Source: Vulcanimicrobiota bacterium (lineage in GTDB: Bacteria; Vulcanimicrobiota; Xenobia; Xenobiales; JADMJV01). Taken from it: 64,000 nt of DNA. This document shows positions 21,263 to 30,873 of the stretch, one piece after another (position 1 is the stretch's first letter; each line of letters opens with the position of its first letter). The stretch spans positions 96,001 through 160,000 of the forward strand of contig JBFWNU010000008.1 in NCBI GenBank assembly GCA_050250895.1, written 5' to 3'. A program made the translations under genes and the position numbers. The notes under the pieces were generated by a model, which worked only from the letters and a program-made list of their open reading frames with translations, did not search any database and had not been told where the DNA came from.

Positions 21263-23386
21263 CTATTCTCCTGGCAAGCCTAAGACGACTTCGGAAAGAA
21301 TCGCATAGACCGCGGTGGTGCCGAAGGCGAGACTGGGCGCTTGGAAGCCGATGGCTGCGTTGCCAAGGTCGTCCATCGCGATGCATGGAAATTCGGCGTT
21401 GGGAATGGGAGTGGAAATCGTGGACACGGCACCATCGAAGGTTCCGTCGGCCAGCAGGCGCTGCAGGCGGATGCCGGCCCCGTTGGCGTCATAAACGACG
21501 GCGAAGTTGCCATCGGCATCCATGGCTACATCGGGTTCGACTCCGGTGGCAATGGTGAGGGGCCCACCCACCGGAATCGCACCACCGATCGCGCTCGGAT
21601 TGGTATTAAACCGCCTCACTTCGACGTTGGTGTCGTTGACGAAGGCGACGGCAAAGCGAGTGCCGTCGGCGCTCATCGCTACTTCCGGGTCGCTGTTGGC
21701 TCCGTCCAATCCGCCGATAACGAAGTTACCGGCACCGCCGAATGACGCTCCGGTGGTGGCGTTGAGCACCACGCCACCGTAGCTAAAGGCGTCAAGCTTA
21801 TAGACGACCACCACCACGTTGCGCAGCCGCGAACTGGCCAGGGCCGGAGCCGCCATGGTAAAGAGGTTAGGACGGGTGGCTCCGACCATTGACAGTTCCG
21901 TCTCCCAGATGGCGTTGAGACCGCTATCGAACTGCTTGACCTTGATGGTCTCGAAGGTGGTGAGGTCGGTTACGTTGCGCGCCACCGTGGGAAAGGTCGC
22001 TGTGGGGACTCCGACCGGCATGACCACACGGGCTTGAGTGGCATCATCCGGGTTGCCCGGAGCCAGGTCGGTTGCGCCGGTCGTAAAGGTTCCGGCTTGA
22101 TCGATGCCTCGACCGAACACCGTGGAAACCGTGGTGGCAAAAGCCTCCCAGGTGACCAGACTCAGACTGCCGTTGGAATTGATGCCCGCGTCTGTTCGCG
22201 AGCCGTCCAGAGGACTAACCTGAAGACCATTGGTGATGGGGGTCGGGACCTGATCCCAGGTTCCCGGCGAGGCCGTTTGAAACTGACGTGCTCCGGCCAA
22301 CTGGCCATCGGTGAGGATGGTGTAGCTGAAGGTCATAAAGTCATTGGAGGCCGCATCCACTCTCGGGTCCGTGAACTGAGCAAGGTTGCTCTCTTGCACC
22401 ACGAACAAGTTGCTGAAACTGCCGGTCGTACCGCCACTGGTCCCGCCGCCGCTGCTACCGGAAGTGCCACCCGAGGTGCCCCCGGAAGTGCCGCCCGAGG
22501 TGCCCCCGGAAGTGCCGCCCGAGGTGCCCCCGGAAGTGCCGCCCGAGGTGCCCCCGGACGTGCCGCCCGAGGTGCCCCCGGAAGTGCCGCCCGACGTGCC
22601 CCCGGAAGTACCGCCCGAGGTGCCCCCGGAAGTGCCGCCGGAAGTGCCGCCCGAGGTGCCCCCGGAAGTGCCGCCCGAGGTGCCCCCGGAAGTGCCGCCC
22701 GAGGTGCCCCCGGACGTGCCGCCGGAGGTGCCCCCGGACGTGCCGCCGGAGATTCCCCCGGAAGTGCCGCCGGAGGTTCCCCCGGAAGTGCCGCCCGAGG
22801 TTCCCCCGGAAGTGCCGCCGGAAGTGCCGCCCGAGGTGCCTGTGGAAGTGCCCCCCGCCGTGCCTGTGGTTCCGCCGCCGGTGGTTCCCTCGGGCACCTC
22901 GCCCAGGGTCAGCCTCACGGTGGTGATGGCGTTGGCTCCGACGGCGATGTTGAGGGTCTCGCTGATGGCCACCAGACGGCCACCTGAATAGCCTTCGGCC
23001 CGGATGTCATAGAGGCCGGCGATGACCGGGAAGAGATTGAGGGTGACCAGCGTCGCTCCGGGGGGCACGGTGGCCAGGCCCCTAGATCCCACTTCGATAT
23101 TGGTCCCCGGAGCGGTCAGGATCACCGCGACCTGATCGATGGAAAGGCTTTGCGCCAGAACTTCGCGAGGCTGCGGGGGGAGCTCGATGGTCAGCCGCAG
23201 GTTGTTGGCGCCACCCGCCCCCGGGCCGGCCGAGGCCTCGCCTCCTTCGGTGGAGGAGCCGCCGCTCCCGCCGCATCCCCACATCGCCAGGGCGAACAAC
23301 GAGAACGAAAGCAGTGCTTTCGCTGCGAATTCTCTCAGCCACCGTACACGCATCGGAATAGCATGCATTTGCTCCGATCCGGTCAA
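21263..23386 (-). CDS. Large putative lipoprotein with a (GGTS)n linker and a beta-rich, possibly propeller-like C-terminal domain; start uncertain
   Basis: Lipobox-like LAMWGC; DVAMDADGNFAVVY-type repeats at the C-terminus. Confidence 0.7.
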   Translation of the reverse strand: MTGSEQMHAIPMRVRWLREFAAKALLSFSLFALAMWGCGGSGGSSTEGGEASAGPGAGGANNLRLTIELPPQPREVLAQSLSIDQVAVILTAPGTNIEVGSRGLATVPPGATLVTLNLFPVIAGLYDIRAEGYSGGRLVAISETLNIAVGANAITTVRLTLGEVPEGTTGGGTTGTAGGTSTGTSGGTSGGTSGGTSGGTSGGTSGGTSGGISGGTSGGTSGGTSGGTSGGTSGGTSGGTSGGTSGGTSGGTSGGTSGGTSGGTSGGTSGGTSGGTSGGTSGGTSGGTSGGTSGGTSGGTSGGTSGGTSGSSGGGTSGGTTGSFSNLFVVQESNLAQFTDPRVDAASNDFMTFSYTILTDGQLAGARQFQTASPGTWDQVPTPITNGLQVSPLDGSRTDAGINSNGSLSLVTWEAFATTVSTVFGRGIDQAGTFTTGATDLAPGNPDDATQARVVMPVGVPTATFPTVARNVTDLTTFETIKVKQFDSGLNAIWETELSMVGATRPNLFTMAAPALASSRLRNVVVVVYKLDAFSYGGVVLNATTGASFGGAGNFVIGGLDGANSDPEVAMSADGTRFAVAFVNDTNVEVRRFNTNPSAIGGAIPVGGPLTIATGVEPDVAMDADGNFAVVYDANGAGIRLQRLLADGTFDGAVSTISTPIPNAEFPCIAMDDLGNAAIGFQAPSLAFGTTAVYAILSEVVLGLPGE
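22430..22890. repeat. Coding tandem repeat of 12-bp units (24-bp higher-order) encoding (GGTS)n
   Basis: Alternating CCCGGAAGTGCC/GCCCGAGGTGCC units, roughly 30 copies. Confidence 0.9.
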
Positions 23387-23419
23387 GACCTCCTCGAATC
23401 CCTCTACCTTTAGTAGGAA

Positions 23420-24304
23420 TTATCCGTCGACCAGCTCGATGGAGCGCAGCAGGCGCTGGAAAGCGTCGAGTTGTTGGGTGGATTTGAGCGTGACCAACAG
23501 GGCCCGACCCTTGAGGGGGACGATGGCGGTCAGATCGGTCAGACCAGAACCAACTTCCCAGATGGCCAGATAGGCGGTGCGCCCACCTGGCAGGTCGAAA
23601 GGCTCGAATCTGCGCAAGGTCTTGGCCCCGCTATCGACGAGAGGGCCGGCCGAGCGGGCAAAGCCGCGAAACGAGCGGCCTTCCTCCGGGCCGCTCAACG
23701 ACCGCAGGGTCACCAGTTCGGTGCCCGCCTGGGACAGGGCCGTGCGCCCGTCCTTTTCCTCGGGCTTCCACTGGGGCGGATAGTTCAGCTTGAAACCGTC
23801 ACCTGCGAGCGACCGCCACGACTCCGAATCGTTGGCCGATAGAAAGAGAAAACTGGTCTGAATCTTGTCGAGCTGGGCCACATACTGGTTCTGGCGCGCC
23901 CCCAACACCAACCGGCAACGGCCCAACGCCGACGAAAGGTAGAGCACGCGGTCGGTGCCACCGCCCTGGCGGGGGCGCACGAACATGTCGGCGTCATGGC
24001 CGGCGACCCGAGTCTTGGATTGACTGAACCCCTGGTCGAGCAGGGTGGGATACTCCTGGTTGGCCGGGCCGTTGAGCCAGGTCACCACCGCCCACGCGTC
24101 GCCGTCGCCCCGACGATACCCCTCGACCATGGGAGGGCCCGGCTTGAGTCCCACCGCCGGAAGCCAGTCGGCGGGAGTCTCGAGGCTCCAACCTGCTTTC
24201 TTTTCGGGAGTGAGTTCGCGGTTCTCGTGCACCGCCCACTCTTGACTCCAGGCCGAGTTGGCCAGCAGTAGCGTCAGCAACAGTAAGGATAGCCTCGTTT
24301 TCAT
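23420..24304 (-). CDS. Secreted hypothetical protein, possibly two PsbP/DcrB-like domains
   Basis: Signal peptide MKTRLSLLLLTLLLANSAWS; W/F..xYP..W motifs (WSLETPADW, FKLNYPPQW). Confidence 0.6.
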   Translation of the reverse strand: MKTRLSLLLLTLLLANSAWSQEWAVHENRELTPEKKAGWSLETPADWLPAVGLKPGPPMVEGYRRGDGDAWAVVTWLNGPANQEYPTLLDQGFSQSKTRVAGHDADMFVRPRQGGGTDRVLYLSSALGRCRLVLGARQNQYVAQLDKIQTSFLFLSANDSESWRSLAGDGFKLNYPPQWKPEEKDGRTALSQAGTELVTLRSLSGPEEGRSFRGFARSAGPLVDSGAKTLRRFEPFDLPGGRTAYLAIWEVGSGLTDLTAIVPLKGRALLVTLKSTQQLDAFQRLLRSIELVDG

Positions 24305-24380
24305 GCTGCAAGGTTGTCTGGGAATAGAGCCGATTCCTTCGCGTCAGGAGCCAGTAGATCAAAATCGGAGGTCATCAAAG

Positions 24381-25613
24381 ATGAATAAAATGCGTTGGAT
24401 CGCCGCCAGCCTGGTGGTGGCGGCCGGATTGACGCTCGTGTTCCCGGCCAGCCCGAGCCTGGCCCGACAAAAGGGCGAACCCCGTTGGGCCACGGCCGCG
24501 GTCGCCCCCAAGCCTTTGCCGAATTCGGCCCTCAAAGGACTCGACTGGCTGGCCGAGCATCAGCTCGACAGCGGCGGCTGGGGCCAGGGCGAAGAATCCT
24601 CTCAGATGGGTGGCGGCGATCAGATGGCGGCCACCGCCAACGTGGCCGATACATGTATCGCCAGCCTGGCGATGCTGCGTTCGGGCAGCACTCCCCACTC
24701 GGGCACCTACGCCAAGAATCTGGCGCGAGGAGTCGAGTTCGTGCTCGCCCAGGTCGAGAAGGCCGACGAAGAATCGCTGTATGTGACCGACGTGCGCGGC
24801 ACGCGAGTGCAGTCGAAGATCGGCACCTACGTCGACACCTTTCTAGCCAGCATGCTGCTCTCGGAGGTGAAGGGTCAGATGGATTCCAAGAGTGCCAACG
24901 AGCGGGTCGAGCGGGCCCTCAACAAGGTGATCGCTAAAATCGAGAACCACCAGAGCGAGTCTGGTGGTTTCGACAATCAGGGCTGGGCGCCCGTGCTGAG
25001 CCAGTCGATCGCCGCCAAAGGCCTCAATCGCGCGCGTCAGGCCGGAGCCGACGTCTCGGACAAAGCCCTGGACCGAGCTCAAGGCTATGCCGAGGGGCAG
25101 ATCGATGAGGGCGGCAAGGTGCGAACCGAGGGGGCGGCCGGAGTCGATCTTTACGCCACCAGCTCGAATGTGGCCACCATGCAAGAAACCGCCAACACCT
25201 ACGCCGCCGAGAAGGTGGCCTACGAGCAGAAGCTCAAGGCTGCCAAGAACGAGGATGAGCGACGGGTGCTGCGTGACAAGTTGGGCCGCATCCAGGCTCA
25301 AGAGCAGGCCAACAAAGACTCCAAGAAGCGGTTGATCGACCGGATCTCCGACCCCGGTTTCGTCGAAGGTTTCGGCTCCAATGGAGGGGAAGAGTTTCTC
25401 TCCTACATGAACATCAGCGAAGCCCTGGTGGTCGAAGGCGGCCAACAGTGGATAGATTGGGACAAAGCCATGATGGCCAATCTCTCGAGAATTCAGAACG
25501 ACGACGGCAGCTGGTCTGGTCATCACTGCATCACCGGCAAGACCTTCTGCACCTCGGCTGCCATTTTGGTGTTGACCGCCGATCGGGCTCCAGTGCCGGC
25601 CTCGAAGAGTTGA
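24381..25613 (+). CDS. Exported prenyltransferase/squalene-oxidase-repeat (alpha/alpha toroid) protein
   Basis: Signal peptide; QW-like motifs GLDWLAEHQLDSGGWG, HQSESGGF, IQNDDGSW; start ATG 24381 after GGAGG. Confidence 0.72.
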   Translation: MNKMRWIAASLVVAAGLTLVFPASPSLARQKGEPRWATAAVAPKPLPNSALKGLDWLAEHQLDSGGWGQGEESSQMGGGDQMAATANVADTCIASLAMLRSGSTPHSGTYAKNLARGVEFVLAQVEKADEESLYVTDVRGTRVQSKIGTYVDTFLASMLLSEVKGQMDSKSANERVERALNKVIAKIENHQSESGGFDNQGWAPVLSQSIAAKGLNRARQAGADVSDKALDRAQGYAEGQIDEGGKVRTEGAAGVDLYATSSNVATMQETANTYAAEKVAYEQKLKAAKNEDERRVLRDKLGRIQAQEQANKDSKKRLIDRISDPGFVEGFGSNGGEEFLSYMNISEALVVEGGQQWIDWDKAMMANLSRIQNDDGSWSGHHCITGKTFCTSAAILVLTADRAPVPASKS

Positions 25614-26647
25614 GATTCTGGCACGTTCTGTGGCTGAGCCTGCTCGTTGGCTGCAGCCGAACGCCGGCCCCGCCTCGCGACGCCGTCGAGGCGGGGTTGG
25701 CCTACCTCCGGGGTGCCCAGGCCTCGGACGGCGGCTGGCACTCCAGCCAATACAAGGATATGGGGCAGGGTCCCGAGCTCACCCCGTTCGTCTTCAAAGC
25801 CTTGAGCTTCGGCGGCGCCCCCAAGTCCCAGTCAGGCCTCGCCTACCTCAAGGCCCAGAGCCCCGTCTCGGGACTGATCTATCCGGTTTATACCTCGTCC
25901 GGATTTCTTCTCAACGGCCTGGATGAAGGCGGCCGTTGGAGCCGGCACCTGTCGTCGTTTCAAGCCACCGAGGCTCTGGGGTATACGCCGGCAGACCCTC
26001 AATACGGTGGTTGGAGCTATGCTCTCAAGCCGCCGGTCAAGCCCGATCACGGCGAACTACCGACGCTGTCACATTCGAACCTGCCCAGCACTTTGTTCGC
26101 GCTGGGGGGGCTGTCGGTGGCCAAGAAGCTCGACCCCGAGACGGCGGCTCGAGCCCTCAAGTTCGTCGAGCGTTGCCAGAACTTTCCTGAGGGTGACGGC
26201 GGCTTCTGCGCCAGTGCTAGCGACGAGTCCATGAACAAGGCCGGCGGGTTCAAGTCTTATGGCAGCGCCACCTCAGACGGATTGCGGGCTTTGTTGCGCT
26301 GCGGGTTAAGGCTGGATGACTCGCGGGTGGCGGCGGCTCGTCAATGGATCGACGACCATCTTTCGGTCGAGGTTCATCCTGGGGAGTTTCCTAACGGGCG
26401 TTATTACGACCGTGATTCACTGTATTTCTACTACTGCTGGTCGACGGCCCACGCTCTCAATGGTGTGTCTCGAGCCGGGGGCGAACTCAACGAGGCCGAG
26501 AAGAACTGGCTCAAAGCCGTGCATCAGCGAATGGTCGAGTTGCAGAAACCTGACGGTAGCTGGTCGAATCCTGCCTCGGCCACTCGCGAGGATGACCCTC
26601 TCATCGCCACGCCGATGGCCCTGGCGGTGCTGGTGCTCAGTCGCTGA
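25610..26647 (+). CDS. Lipoprotein with prenyltransferase/squalene-oxidase repeats
   Basis: TTG start overlapping the upstream TGA; lipobox LLVGC; GLAYLRGAQASDGGW, RCQN..DGGF, LQKPDGSW. Confidence 0.72.
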   Translation: MRFWHVLWLSLLVGCSRTPAPPRDAVEAGLAYLRGAQASDGGWHSSQYKDMGQGPELTPFVFKALSFGGAPKSQSGLAYLKAQSPVSGLIYPVYTSSGFLLNGLDEGGRWSRHLSSFQATEALGYTPADPQYGGWSYALKPPVKPDHGELPTLSHSNLPSTLFALGGLSVAKKLDPETAARALKFVERCQNFPEGDGGFCASASDESMNKAGGFKSYGSATSDGLRALLRCGLRLDDSRVAAARQWIDDHLSVEVHPGEFPNGRYYDRDSLYFYYCWSTAHALNGVSRAGGELNEAEKNWLKAVHQRMVELQKPDGSWSNPASATREDDPLIATPMALAVLVLSR

Positions 26648-27827
26648 CCGGTTTCCAGCCAAAGAAGTCGACAGCGTGCTGGAAGACTTCGGGATTGGTC
26701 AGCAGGTAAGAGTGATTGCTCAGGTCGGGTGAGGCCACCAACTTCACCTCGACCCCCTCGAGATGAAGGCTTGACTCTTCCACCAGACCGTCTCCCGAGG
26801 TGGGGTATAGCAATTCGGTCAAGCCGCGGCCATGGGCCGCGCCCACGATGGCGAAATCCTCGACTGCTGCTTTCTGTTGCGGCCAGCGCGAGTTAAGATC
26901 GTCGAGTCGGGGGTTTTCGCCGGCGGCGTCTGGCATCAGCCAGTCGAGGGCGGGCGCGTCGCTGGAGTGAAGGGCTTTGAGGTTCAGCAGGAAGTTGACG
27001 CTGCGGCCCTCGTCGTGGAGGGCCACGGCGGTCCGGGCCACCCGGGCGATGCCAGCGCCGTGGTTGGGAGTGCCGACCTGAAGGAGTTTGCCGATACGCT
27101 TGCCGCCCTGGTCCAGATAGGCGCGGCTGGCCAGTCCACCCATGCTGTAGCCCATGACGTCGACCTTGTCGGTGTCGAGGGCGTCAGAGATCTGGTTCAG
27201 GTGCCGGTCTACCTGGGGGTGGGATTGGTCGGGCGGCGAGTTCCACTGATCGAAAAAGGTGACAAACACTTTCGCGTCTTCAGGGATGGCTTCCAGCTTC
27301 TGGGTGCACTCGGGGTCGAGATAGCAGCCGCCCTCGAAAAGGTAGTAAGGTCGGCCACCATTTTGGCCATCGGCGGTCAGGTGCTCGACCAAATTCTCGC
27401 AGCGGTCGCGGGCGGTCTTGAACCCGGGCACCAGCATGAACGGCCGTTCGAGGCGCACCGCCGGACCTTCCAGGCGCTCAGGCATCGGCTTGGTGCCATG
27501 ATGGATGTCCCTGACGACTTCAATGGGTGATTTTGAGCGAGCCTGGCTCAAACGTTCGCCCAGGCCGCCCTGACCGTGGATCAGTTCTTGATTGTAGACC
27601 TTGAGCACGTGCACGGCCGTGCCGACATGGTTGAGGGCCAGCAGTCCCACTCGCAGTCCGGTCTTGACGGCGGCTAACCGCCAGCTCGAGGAGAGTGTGG
27701 GGGGAGTGAGGTTGGCGGTTACCTGGACGCTGTCTCGAATGTCGGCCGAGGACTGCCGTGCGGATGGGGCGGCCGTCCGGTGGAGACGATTCAGAGAGAG
27801 TGCATGCTGGGGAAAACCAACCTTCAT
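26637..27827 (-). CDS. Alpha/beta-hydrolase (lipase/PGAP1-like)
   Basis: GYSMGG nucleophile elbow, GTPNHGA, GDGLV, His in SNHSYL. Confidence 0.82.
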   Translation of the reverse strand: MKVGFPQHALSLNRLHRTAAPSARQSSADIRDSVQVTANLTPPTLSSSWRLAAVKTGLRVGLLALNHVGTAVHVLKVYNQELIHGQGGLGERLSQARSKSPIEVVRDIHHGTKPMPERLEGPAVRLERPFMLVPGFKTARDRCENLVEHLTADGQNGGRPYYLFEGGCYLDPECTQKLEAIPEDAKVFVTFFDQWNSPPDQSHPQVDRHLNQISDALDTDKVDVMGYSMGGLASRAYLDQGGKRIGKLLQVGTPNHGAGIARVARTAVALHDEGRSVNFLLNLKALHSSDAPALDWLMPDAAGENPRLDDLNSRWPQQKAAVEDFAIVGAAHGRGLTELLYPTSGDGLVEESSLHLEGVEVKLVASPDLSNHSYLLTNPEVFQHAVDFFGWKPVSD

Positions 27828-27860
27828 GGACCTTATCTTAGGTGAATCGGCTGAAAAAGA

Positions 27861-28874
27861 TTAGAAAGAGTTCCAGACCTGAACCTGATTGCGGCCGGCT
27901 TCTTTGGCCCGGTAGAGCGCTTTGTCAGCCGAGGCCAGCAGGCTCTCGGGCGAATCACCGTCTTCGGGAAAACTGGCCACTCCGACGCTGATGGTGACGG
28001 GGATAGAGCGGTCTCGATGCTTGAAGTCGGTCTGGGCCACCGAACTGCGCAGGCGCTCGGCGATGGTGGCGCCTTTGGCCTTGCCGGTGGTGGGCAAGAT
28101 GACCGAGAACTCTTCGCCCCCATAGCGGGCCACCACGTCGTATTCGCGCAGGGCGTCCGACAACGTACCCGAGACCTTGCGCAGCACGAGGTCACCGGCC
28201 TGGTGGCCGTAACTGTCGTTGAGCTGCTTGAAAAAGTCGATGTCGACCATGAAGATGGTCAGGGGTTTGCGATAGCGCTTGGAATAAGAGACTTCCTTGG
28301 TGAGCCGTTGCTCGAGGTAGCGTCGATTGTAAAGGCTGGTCAGGCCGTCGAGGACCGAAATCTCGTAGAGACGATTGTTCTCGAGGGCCAGCGAGATGTG
28401 GGCCGACATCAAGACGGTCAACTCGAGTTCATCGTGGCTGAAGAAATGGTCCTGGCGGCGGGTCGTGAGGGAGACCACCCCGATAACCCGGCGCTTGATC
28501 ATCAAGGGCACGCAAATCATGCTGACCATGCGGCGGCGTTGTTTTTCGACGTTCTTGAAGCGCGGATCCTTGCGAACGTCTTCGATGAGCACCGGCTTGC
28601 GATTCTTGGCCACCCAGCCGGCCACCCCTTCGCCCAGCTTAAAACGGATGTTTTCAAGTTCCCAGCGGGTCAATCCCGACGACTCGCAAAAGGCCAGTTC
28701 GCGACTCTTCTCGTCGAGGATCATGATCGAGCAGTCGTCGGTCTCGAGCAACTTTCTCAGCTGAGAGCTGATGCGTTTGACCACTTTCTGCATCGGGAAG
28801 TTGGAGCTGATCAGCTTGCTAACTTCGAGCAGGACCTTTAGCACATCGGCCTCGCGAGACATCGCCTTGAACAT
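27861..28874 (-). CDS. GAF-domain diguanylate cyclase
   Basis: GAF (GEGVAGWVA...DVRKDPRF), DGLTSLYNRR, DIDFFKQLND, RYGGEEF with REYD I-site. Confidence 0.93.
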   Translation of the reverse strand: MFKAMSREADVLKVLLEVSKLISSNFPMQKVVKRISSQLRKLLETDDCSIMILDEKSRELAFCESSGLTRWELENIRFKLGEGVAGWVAKNRKPVLIEDVRKDPRFKNVEKQRRRMVSMICVPLMIKRRVIGVVSLTTRRQDHFFSHDELELTVLMSAHISLALENNRLYEISVLDGLTSLYNRRYLEQRLTKEVSYSKRYRKPLTIFMVDIDFFKQLNDSYGHQAGDLVLRKVSGTLSDALREYDVVARYGGEEFSVILPTTGKAKGATIAERLRSSVAQTDFKHRDRSIPVTISVGVASFPEDGDSPESLLASADKALYRAKEAGRNQVQVWNSF

Positions 28875-29014
28875 TCTTGGGACAGGTCATGCGGTCCTGG
28901 CGGATTTTTTTCATCTCGCAAAGGAGTCAAGAGGTTGATTTGTCGAACAAGCCGGCTGACATTTTAGAGAGCCCAGGACCGAGCTGGAATTTCTGGGTTG
29001 ACAGGGAGGTAAGG

Positions 29015-29464
29015 ATGAAGATTTTGAGTGGATTCCGACTTCGGTCTTTGGTTGGCTTGGTCATGAGTATGGCCTTCATCGCCCTTGTGGCGGGCAACGC
29101 CTCGGCCGGAATGGTCCGCAACGTGACCGTGAGTGAAGGTCCCGGCTGGGTGAAAGTCAACGTGCACGGGGCTTTCAACTACCAGGTCAAACACCTTCCC
29201 CCCGGCAACGACGACTACCGCAGCATCGTGATCGACTGCTATCCTGCTTACATCAACCCCGGGCTCGAGCCCAAGGTAAATCTGGCCGTCGACGAGGGCC
29301 TGGTGGGTCAGGTGCGTGTTCGTCAGTATGACGGCAACACCGTGCGCGTCTACATCGACGTGATTGCCTGGCCCAAATACAAGGTCATGCAGGTTCCCGG
29401 CGGGGTCCAGATTGGCATCGACTCGTACCACATGCGTTCCAGCGACCCGAGCGCCAACCGCTAA
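29015..29464 (+). CDS. Secreted AMIN-domain-like protein
   Basis: GGAGG RBS, signal peptide, RSIVID...VGQVRVRQYDGNTVRVYID. Confidence 0.7.
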   Translation: MKILSGFRLRSLVGLVMSMAFIALVAGNASAGMVRNVTVSEGPGWVKVNVHGAFNYQVKHLPPGNDDYRSIVIDCYPAYINPGLEPKVNLAVDEGLVGQVRVRQYDGNTVRVYIDVIAWPKYKVMQVPGGVQIGIDSYHMRSSDPSANR

Positions 29465-29486
29465 AAAGGCAAGCTCGAACCGAAGA

Positions 29487-29513
29487 AAGACCCGCCGCCA
29501 CGGCGGGTTTTTT
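29487..29513 (+). terminator. Intrinsic terminator
   Basis: ACCCGCCG-CCA-CGGCGGGT followed by a T-run. Confidence 0.8.
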
Positions 29514-29566
29514 GTATCCCGGGCTAGCCGGGAGAAACTCGTGTCCGATTCGAACCTCTGCGTCCT

Positions 29567-29908
29567 ATGGCAGTATTATCGACCGTCGGTCTTTTGATCT
29601 TGTCCAACACTTTTATGGTCTACGCTTGGTACGCTCACCTGAAGGACTTCAAGTCCCAACCGATGTGGGCCGCCATTTTCATCTCGTGGGGAATCGCTTT
29701 TTTCGAGTATTGCATTCAAGTTCCGGCCAACCGGGTCGGCAACACCGTGATGAGCCTCCCTCAGCTCAAGATTCTCCAGGAGGTCATTACTCTGGCCGTC
29801 TTTGCCGGGCTCTACGCCTTTTACTGGAAGGGCGACCTGAGTTGGAACTATCTGGCCGCCGGGGTGTGCCTTTTGTTGGCCCTGGGATTCATCTTCTGGC
29901 CCGGGTAA
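29567..29908 (+). CDS. DMT family (DUF486-like) small membrane protein
   Basis: SNTFMVYAWYAHLK, SWGIAFFEYCIQVPANRVG, QLKILQEVITL. Confidence 0.85.
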   Translation: MAVLSTVGLLILSNTFMVYAWYAHLKDFKSQPMWAAIFISWGIAFFEYCIQVPANRVGNTVMSLPQLKILQEVITLAVFAGLYAFYWKGDLSWNYLAAGVCLLLALGFIFWPG

Positions 29909-29960
29909 ATGGTAACCTGGCGGTCAACAACGGCGCCCTCGCTGGCGCTACCCTCGGACT

Positions 29961-30569
29961 ATGCAGATACGTTCTCTAGCTCCCAGCGAGGCGGCTCGGC
30001 TGAAGGCGGCCGGAGCGCAGGTAGTGGATGTTCGCTCGGCTGACGAATTCGCCGCTGACCACTGGAACGATAGTATCAACCTGGGGACCCACGGCGACCT
30101 GACGGGCTGGGCCCAGCGTCTGCTCGAGCGGGGGCATCCCCTGGTGCTGGTGGCCGCGGCCGGGCAAGAGCAGGCCGCGGCCGGGCGGCTGTCGGGCTTT
30201 GCGGTGGCTGGCTGGGTCGAGGGTGGCGTCGAGGCTCTGCCGGCCGACCAGCGTCAGGCCAGCCATCGGATCCAGCCCCGGCAACTGGCCGAATGGCTCT
30301 CGCAGTCAGATCCCCCCACGGTGCTTGATGTGCGCTCGCGGCAGGAGTTCGCTGGCGGGCACCTGGCCGGAGCGCTCAACCTACCTCTCGACGAACTGCC
30401 GGCTCGCGTCCAGGAGCTGCCCGGCGGACCCCTGGTGATCCATTGTGCCAGTGGTTATCGTTCTTCGGCGGCGGTGAGCTGGCTGGCCAATCATCAGCTG
30501 GCCCTGGCTACTGATCTGGCGGGCGGTTTCGCCGCCTGGGCTGCGGCCGGCTTGCCCGTCGAGAAGTGA
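29961..30569 (+). CDS. Tandem rhodanese-domain protein
   Basis: Two DVRS..EF...H motifs; active loop HCASGYRS. Confidence 0.85.
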   Translation: MQIRSLAPSEAARLKAAGAQVVDVRSADEFAADHWNDSINLGTHGDLTGWAQRLLERGHPLVLVAAAGQEQAAAGRLSGFAVAGWVEGGVEALPADQRQASHRIQPRQLAEWLSQSDPPTVLDVRSRQEFAGGHLAGALNLPLDELPARVQELPGGPLVIHCASGYRSSAAVSWLANHQLALATDLAGGFAAWAAAGLPVEK

Positions 30570-30838
30570 TCGGCGTCGACGACCTCTTCGAAGCCAGGGG
30601 CCGCTGGTGGTGCCATCTGCTGTGCGACGACTTTTCGGCGGCGGGGTTGGAGGAGCTGCACGCCTTCGCGCGCCAGTTGGGGGCTCCGCCGCGAGCCTTT
30701 CACGACCCCCCCGGCCAGCCACGGCCCCACTATGACCTCACCCCACCCCTACGGGAAGCGGCCCTGTCGCGGGGGGCCAAACCGTTATCGCGTCGCCAGG
30801 TGGTCGAATTCCTCCAGCGAGGCCGCCGCCACCTCTAA
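30566..30838 (+). CDS. DUF4031-like protein
   Basis: WCHLLCDD...EELHAFARQLG...HYDL; 4-bp overlap with the upstream gene. Confidence 0.75.
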   Translation: MIGVDDLFEARGRWWCHLLCDDFSAAGLEELHAFARQLGAPPRAFHDPPGQPRPHYDLTPPLREAALSRGAKPLSRRQVVEFLQRGRRHL

Positions 30839-30873
30839 GAGGAGATCTGGCTCGCGGGCCCAAGTGGCCGCCC

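Noticed and set aside
22386-22991. (PEVP)n titin-PEVK-like ORF on the + strand
   Set aside because: It is the reverse-strand reading of the (GGTS)n repeat inside the minus-strand lipoprotein gene
27828-27880. Sigma-28 promoter (GCCGATTC on the minus strand) upstream of the lipase
   Set aside because: There is no TAAA at the expected spacing, and I found no consistent motif upstream of the other leaderless genes
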